From NCBI GenBank assembly GCA_963706025.1, contig CAVPLM010000005.1, forward strand, positions 928,001 through 992,000: 64,000 nt of DNA. Reading direction: 5' to 3'. The notes under the pieces are model-generated. The model saw nothing but the letters and a program-made list of their open reading frames with translations, was not told where the DNA came from and ran no database searches. This DNA comes from an uncultured Actinomycetes bacterium (GTDB lineage: Bacteria; Actinomycetota; Thermoleophilia; RBG-16-64-13). Positions 58,982 through 64,000 of the stretch are shown in pieces (position 1 is the stretch's first letter; each line of letters begins with the position of its first letter). Made by a program: the position numbers and the translations under genes.

Positions 58982-59219
58982 GGTGTGAGTATAGCCGATA
59001 GGCTTGGTCGCTCCCGCCGGCAGTGGCCCCCCTCTGCCCACCCGGAGGCGAGGCAGGCACCGGCCCCCGGTCAGGCCGCGTCGGGGTGGACGGCACAAGA
59101 AACGCCCCGCGAGGGGCAGGATTCTTGCCCGGCCTTCCCGTAGCGTGATACGCTGAGATACACCCTTGCGAGCATGGCAAATCGATCCATGCCGCGCTAT
59201 TCGATGGGGGTATTATCCA

Positions 59220-61862
59220 ATGGCAAGAAAGAATCGAGCGGTCAGCGAGCAGCCCGTGACCGCCCAAGAAGATGTATGGATCCATACGTCTTGCGGAGGC
59301 TGCTACGCCCAGTGCGGGATCAAGGCTCACCGGGTCGACGGTTTGATCGTGGGCCTGGAAGGCAATCCCGAGACGCCCGCCGGCAGCGGCCGGATGTGCG
59401 CAAAAGGTACCGCCCAGCTGATGATGCTCTACGACCGGTATCGGGTGAATTATCCGGTCAAGAGGACCAACCCGGAAAAAGGGGTAGGGGTCGATCCCAA
59501 ATGGGAGCGCATCTCCTGGGACGAAGCCATGGAGACGATCATATCGAAGTTCAAGAACCAGAAGGACCCCAGGGGGACCTATTTCCAGGCCACCACGGTC
59601 CAGACCAGCGAGATCCGTTTTGCCGTTCCCGCCTTCATGCGCGCCTGGGGTTTCAAGAACTACTGGGTATCGGGGGGCGGCCTCTGGTGCGGCAACGGCG
59701 CTCACTTCATGAACGGGATCATGCACGCCGCCTGGTCGATCATCCCCGATTGGAACTACAACAAGTACACGATCTACTTCGGGTGCTCGAAGGGGCACGG
59801 AGCGGGGCATGCCGCCCTGCAGAGCGCCCAATGGGTGGCGGATGCGCGGGCCAGGGGGATGAAAGCGGTGGTGTTCGACCCCTTCCTCTCTACCCAGGCC
59901 TCGAAGGCGCACGAGTGGGTGCCCATCCGCGTCGGAACGGACGGGGCCGTTGCGCTGGGCATGATCAATGTCATCCTGAACGAGCTCGGCATCTGGGACG
60001 CCCACTACCTCAAGCTGAAGACGAACGCCCCCTACTTGATCCAGCCCGACCAGCACTACAAGAGAGATCCCGAGACCAACAAGCCGCTCATCTGGGATCC
60101 CACTGACGGCCGGGCGAAGACCTTCGACGATCCGTCGATCAAGGACTACGCCCTCGAGGGGACCTTCGAGGTCGAGGGCACGCCCTGCACGCCTGCGTTC
60201 CAGCTTCTGAAGGAGCACGTCAAGAAGAACTACCCCCTGGAAAAGGTGGAGAAGATCACCAGCGTACCGGTTTCCACCATCCGCCGGGTCGCCACCGAGT
60301 TCGCCGAGGCGGCCGAGATCGGCCGGACCATCACCATCGACGGCAAGGAGCTCCCGCTGAGGCCGGCGGCCGCCATCTTCTTCCGGGGAAGTCAGGGCCA
60401 CGTGAACTCGGGCTGGAACTGTCTGGAGATCGACCTGCTGAACCAGATCGTCGGAGCCGCCGACGTACCCGGAGGATCGATGGGCCACGGGCCGCCGGTC
60501 TCCTACGGTCATCCCGACACCGGCAAGCCTGAGACGATACCGTACCCCTGCCCTGACGGCCTCATGGTCGTCAAAGGTTGGGTCTACGATCACAAGCCGT
60601 ACCCGCTCAGGGAGCCGGCGCCTCCCAAGCGGCTCGACCTGCAGGACCTGTTCCCCTGCTCGGTCTACAACGCCTTCACCATCTGCTCACCAGAGTGGGA
60701 GAAGTACCGGAAGGACTTCAACATCGACTACGAGCCGGAGATCATGATCAACTTCGGTTCCAACTCGGTGATGACGATGGCCAACGCGCACGAGGTCACC
60801 GAGAACTTCCTCAAGAAGTTCGACTTCGTGCTGTCGTTCAACATCTTCCAGAACGAGTTCACCGAGGCCGTCGCCGACATCGTCCTTCCTGACGCCAGCT
60901 TCCTCGAACGGTACACACCATGCGTGACCTTCCCCTCGACGTTTTGCCATCCCACCGGGATGGACCACTGGGTGTGGCAGATCCGCCAGCCGGTCGTCGA
61001 GCCGCTCTACGAACGCCGCGACTTCAACGAGGTGATGCTGGAGATCGCCAAGCGGCTCGGTGTTCAGGAGAAGTACTTCCAGGCGATCAACGATCTCATC
61101 CCGGTGCGGTACGGCGGGGAGATGTCAGAAGAGTACAAGCTCGATCCAAGCAGCGACTACTCGTGGCAGGACATATCGGACCGGGTCCTCAAGGACAGGC
61201 TGGGACCGGAGAATGGGCTCGAAGCCCTCAAGAAGACCGGCCTCGTGAAATGGCCGACGAAGGTCGAGGAGATGTACTGGCGGTGGTTCACGCCCGTTCG
61301 AGTGCCCATCTACTTCGAGTTCTTCCTCGAAAGTGGGGAGAAGCTGGGGAATCTCCTGAAATCGTTCGGCCGGGAGGACATGGCCGACCTACGGTTCTAT
61401 ACGCCTTTGGCCGAGTGGTTCCCCTGCCCTTCGCACGAGGATGAGAACCCCGATTTCGACCTGTGGGCCTTCAGTTGGCGGCCTTCGTTCCACACTCAGT
61501 CCTCGACCCAGAACAACCCCTGGCTGGACGAGGTGTCGGTGAACGATCCCTTCGTCTACCTGATCCAGATCAACGCCGCGACAGGCAAGGAGAAGGGGCT
61601 CAAGGACGGGGACGTCGTATGGGTCGAGAACCCCGATGGAAAGCGGATCAAGGGTCCGGTGAAACTCGCCGAGGGAGTACACCCCGAGCAGTTGGGGATC
61701 GCCGGTTGCCACGGCCACTGGGCGCGAGGCACGCCCATCTCAAAGGGAAAAGGCCAGTTCTTCGACGATCTCATAAGCCCTGACGTCAAACACACCGACT
61801 CGCTCACCCAAGGGACGGACGCCTGCGTCAAGGTCAAGATCTACAAGGCCGAGGGGAGGTGA
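59220..61862 (+). CDS. Mo-bisPGD catalytic subunit (PadB/Psr/Arr-like clade), no Tat signal
   Basis: CGGCYAQC...C.KG, PVKRTNP.KG...DP.W.RISWDEA, GGGLWC, TNAPYL...RD..T.KPL.WD, ADIVLPDASFLER. Confidence 0.9.
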   Translation: MARKNRAVSEQPVTAQEDVWIHTSCGGCYAQCGIKAHRVDGLIVGLEGNPETPAGSGRMCAKGTAQLMMLYDRYRVNYPVKRTNPEKGVGVDPKWERISWDEAMETIISKFKNQKDPRGTYFQATTVQTSEIRFAVPAFMRAWGFKNYWVSGGGLWCGNGAHFMNGIMHAAWSIIPDWNYNKYTIYFGCSKGHGAGHAALQSAQWVADARARGMKAVVFDPFLSTQASKAHEWVPIRVGTDGAVALGMINVILNELGIWDAHYLKLKTNAPYLIQPDQHYKRDPETNKPLIWDPTDGRAKTFDDPSIKDYALEGTFEVEGTPCTPAFQLLKEHVKKNYPLEKVEKITSVPVSTIRRVATEFAEAAEIGRTITIDGKELPLRPAAAIFFRGSQGHVNSGWNCLEIDLLNQIVGAADVPGGSMGHGPPVSYGHPDTGKPETIPYPCPDGLMVVKGWVYDHKPYPLREPAPPKRLDLQDLFPCSVYNAFTICSPEWEKYRKDFNIDYEPEIMINFGSNSVMTMANAHEVTENFLKKFDFVLSFNIFQNEFTEAVADIVLPDASFLERYTPCVTFPSTFCHPTGMDHWVWQIRQPVVEPLYERRDFNEVMLEIAKRLGVQEKYFQAINDLIPVRYGGEMSEEYKLDPSSDYSWQDISDRVLKDRLGPENGLEALKKTGLVKWPTKVEEMYWRWFTPVRVPIYFEFFLESGEKLGNLLKSFGREDMADLRFYTPLAEWFPCPSHEDENPDFDLWAFSWRPSFHTQSSTQNNPWLDEVSVNDPFVYLIQINAATGKEKGLKDGDVVWVENPDGKRIKGPVKLAEGVHPEQLGIAGCHGHWARGTPISKGKGQFFDDLISPDVKHTDSLTQGTDACVKVKIYKAEGR

Positions 61863-61867
61863 GCTGT

Positions 61868-62497
61868 ATGACGCGCTACGGTTTTGTGATCGATCTGAAG
61901 CGCTGCTACGGGTGCTATTCGTGCCAGGTGGCATGCAAAGCCGCGAACCACACCCCGCGAGGCATCGACTGGGCCCGGTGCGTCCCTGCCGAGACGGGAA
62001 CGTACCCGACCTCTCTCCGCCAGATGCTGCCGCTCGTCTGCCAGCAGTGCAGAGAGCCGGCCTGCAAAGAGGTGTGTCCCACGGGGGCGACGACCCAAGA
62101 CGAGAACGGGATCGTCCACGTGGACCCGAAGCTCTGCATGGGCTGCAAAGCCTGCATCATGGCCTGCCCCTACGGGGCACGGCAGACGGTGAGCGGTTGG
62201 CAGACCTACTTCCCCGATGCCGAGGGTGAGCTCGACCCATACGAAGCTCATGCCAAGAAGGAATGGGAGAAGAAGTACGGCTACGGTATGGCCACCAAGT
62301 GCGACTACTGCATGGATCGTGTGAACGAGGGGCGTCAGCCCGCTTGTGTGGAAACCTGCCCGGCAAAGGCTCGCTACTTCGGTGATCTCGACGACCCCGA
62401 AAGCGAGGTCTCGATACTCATCAGACGTGAGTATGGATTCCAGCTCAACCCCGAGTTCGGAACCGATCCAGCCTGCTACTACCTACCACCGAGGTGA
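61868..62497 (+). CDS. 4Fe-4S dicluster electron-transfer subunit (PadC/PsrB/DmsB-like)
   Basis: CYGCYSCQVAC, CQQC..PAC..VCP, CMGCKACIMACP, KCDYC...PACVETCP. Confidence 0.93.
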   Translation: MTRYGFVIDLKRCYGCYSCQVACKAANHTPRGIDWARCVPAETGTYPTSLRQMLPLVCQQCREPACKEVCPTGATTQDENGIVHVDPKLCMGCKACIMACPYGARQTVSGWQTYFPDAEGELDPYEAHAKKEWEKKYGYGMATKCDYCMDRVNEGRQPACVETCPAKARYFGDLDDPESEVSILIRREYGFQLNPEFGTDPACYYLPPR

Positions 62498-62501
62498 CGA
62501 G

Positions 62502-63416
62502 ATGCAGCTGAAAGCTCAAACCAAGTGGGGTTGGATGATCGCCGCGTATCTCTTTCTCGCGGGACTCGGCGGTGGCGCATACGTGACCGGTGTCGTTACC
62601 GATTTCTTGGGCGAGGATTGGAGCTCCCTCTCCAAGATCGGTGTCACTCTCGGATTCCCCTGTGTTTTCGTGGGAACGATGTTCCTTATCACCGACCTGG
62701 GGACACCGGCCAACTTCTGGCGGGCCTTCATGCGGCCCCGCACCTCCTGGGTGGCCAGGGGGACGATCATCATCATGACCTTCATGGTCATCAGCATCAT
62801 CCACCTTGGCCTCTGGGTCTGGCCGTTCCATGTGCTGGAAGATGCCGAGACCGCGCGTTACGTTCTCGGAGTGGTGGGCGCCGTCTTCGCCTTCGGGACC
62901 ATGATCTACACCGGGCTCCTCCTGGGGGCCAACCGGCCGATCGCCTTCTGGAGCACCGCGTTGGTGCCGGTCATGTTCCTCGTCTCCGCTTTATCGACAG
63001 GAGCGATGGCCGTCATCCTGGCCGGGACCATCGGGGGATTGGAGCACGCCGGGCCAATATCGAGGCTGGCACGGTTCGACATTATCTTGCTGGCCCTCGA
63101 GGTAGTGGTGATCACCATGTACCTGCAGGCAACTCACCGGGTGCCCGAGTCGCGCGAATCGGCCAGACTGGTGCTGACCGGCAACGTCGCCCCGCTCTTC
63201 TGGCTCGGGGTGGTCCTCTGTGGGCTGATCATCCCGCTCGTCCTCGAACTGGTAGGCGTGTACGCCTTGGAGGGATCCGGCGCGACGGCCGTTACCGCCG
63301 TCGCCGCGGTCAGCGGATTGTTCGGCGGTCTGTGCCTGCGGCAAGTCGTGCTGTCCGGCGGCGTCCAGGCCCCGTTGCGAGCCAGCCGGTTCGAATTCGG
63401 CCTGCCGATCGTCTGA
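62502..63416 (+). CDS. nrfD: NrfD/PsrC polysulfide-reductase-type membrane anchor
   Basis: WGWMIA.YLFLAGLGGG, DLG.P..F, SWV.RG, YTG.LL, P.MFL.SA. Confidence 0.92.
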   Translation: MQLKAQTKWGWMIAAYLFLAGLGGGAYVTGVVTDFLGEDWSSLSKIGVTLGFPCVFVGTMFLITDLGTPANFWRAFMRPRTSWVARGTIIIMTFMVISIIHLGLWVWPFHVLEDAETARYVLGVVGAVFAFGTMIYTGLLLGANRPIAFWSTALVPVMFLVSALSTGAMAVILAGTIGGLEHAGPISRLARFDIILLALEVVVITMYLQATHRVPESRESARLVLTGNVAPLFWLGVVLCGLIIPLVLELVGVYALEGSGATAVTAVAAVSGLFGGLCLRQVVLSGGVQAPLRASRFEFGLPIV

Positions 63417-63447
63417 CCTTCGCCTCGGACCTTCGGGACTCGATCCA

Positions 63448-63481
63448 TCGGGGGGGCCCTCCGGCAGGAGGGCCCCCCCGA
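63448..63481. terminator. Intrinsic terminator between convergent genes
   Basis: TCGGGGGGGCCCTCC-GGCA-GGAGGGCCCCCCCGA followed by GTCTTTCTT. Confidence 0.8.
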
Positions 63482-63498
63482 GTCTTTCTTAGAGGAAA

Positions 63499-63963
63499 CT
63501 AGACCGGGATCTTGAGCAGTTCGACGTCTTTGATCCAGATCTTGCCTTGCCCCTCCACCGCCAGGTTCAGCTTGACCAGGTCGGGGCGCTCCCCTTTCTT
63601 CAGGCGGAAGGGGATCTCGTGCGACGTCCACTCGGTGGTGCCTTTGAGCGGCTGATTCAGGCCCCGGGAGAAGAACTCGCCCCGGCCCGGCAGGCGGCAC
63701 CACATCTCCAGGAACGCCCGGCCCTTGAGGCCCTCGGATTTCAGGGTCGCGCGATAGGTCAGAAGGCATTTTTCGACATCTGGATCGGCCACCTCGAAAA
63801 GACGGACCACCTGCTCCTCCTGGGCGTCGACCAGCCAACCTTTCTCCTCGACGGCGACGTTGTCGTGGCTCAAGGGGACGTCCGCTGTGCTGAACTGCCG
63901 AATCGCTATCGGGATAGCGGCGGGTGCCGGTCTCACGAAGAACGATTTGAGCCAATCGGCCAT
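63499..63963 (-). CDS. Hypothetical protein (beta-sandwich, carbohydrate-binding-like)
   Basis: GAGGAG SD; L.G.AFLEMWC..PG.GEFFSRG...GTTEW...E.PF...G.G.IW..DV.L; function unknown. Confidence 0.65.
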   Translation of the reverse strand: MADWLKSFFVRPAPAAIPIAIRQFSTADVPLSHDNVAVEEKGWLVDAQEEQVVRLFEVADPDVEKCLLTYRATLKSEGLKGRAFLEMWCRLPGRGEFFSRGLNQPLKGTTEWTSHEIPFRLKKGERPDLVKLNLAVEGQGKIWIKDVELLKIPV

Positions 63964-64000
63964 TCTACTGTCTCCTCTCAGGTGGATGTGGCCGTCACGC

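Noticed and set aside
58761-60593. 610-aa minus-strand ORF
   Set aside because: Antisense shadow of the Mo catalytic subunit.

Overview
GC-rich bacterial window, probably from an anaerobic actinobacterium such as Thermoleophilia. That is inference from the Thr/Ala-rich lipoprotein linkers and an SLH-domain surface protein. The window is dominated by anaerobic redox and catabolic genes. There are three Mo/W-bisPGD enzymes: an acetylene-hydratase/dehydroxylase-clade enzyme, a pyrogallol-transhydroxylase-like AthL/AthH pair, and a PadBCD/Psr-like three-subunit complex. There are also two tungsten aldehyde:ferredoxin oxidoreductases, each with its own MoaD, a catalytic-domain-free NuoEFG/HydABC-like flavin module, two Liv-type ABC importers, hydrolases, a RHH-PIN toxin-antitoxin pair and a lipoprotein serpin. 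Several features are missed or mis-cut by the ORF track: a DsbA/FrnE selenoprotein (in-frame TGA in U-P-Y-C plus a SECIS-like hairpin), a relay of two 7-codon mini-ORFs between antitoxin and toxin, a short inverted-repeat element with a second partial copy, a shared hairpin+AAGGAGGTAG leader on both livK genes, and gene remnants (tautomerase, ARPP-1-like, XdhC tail). About 16 single-indel frameshifts, mostly in short homopolymer or dinucleotide runs, look like long-read assembly errors. No rRNA, tRNA or CRISPR array was recognised. All family assignments come from motif recognition by eye, not from database searches.
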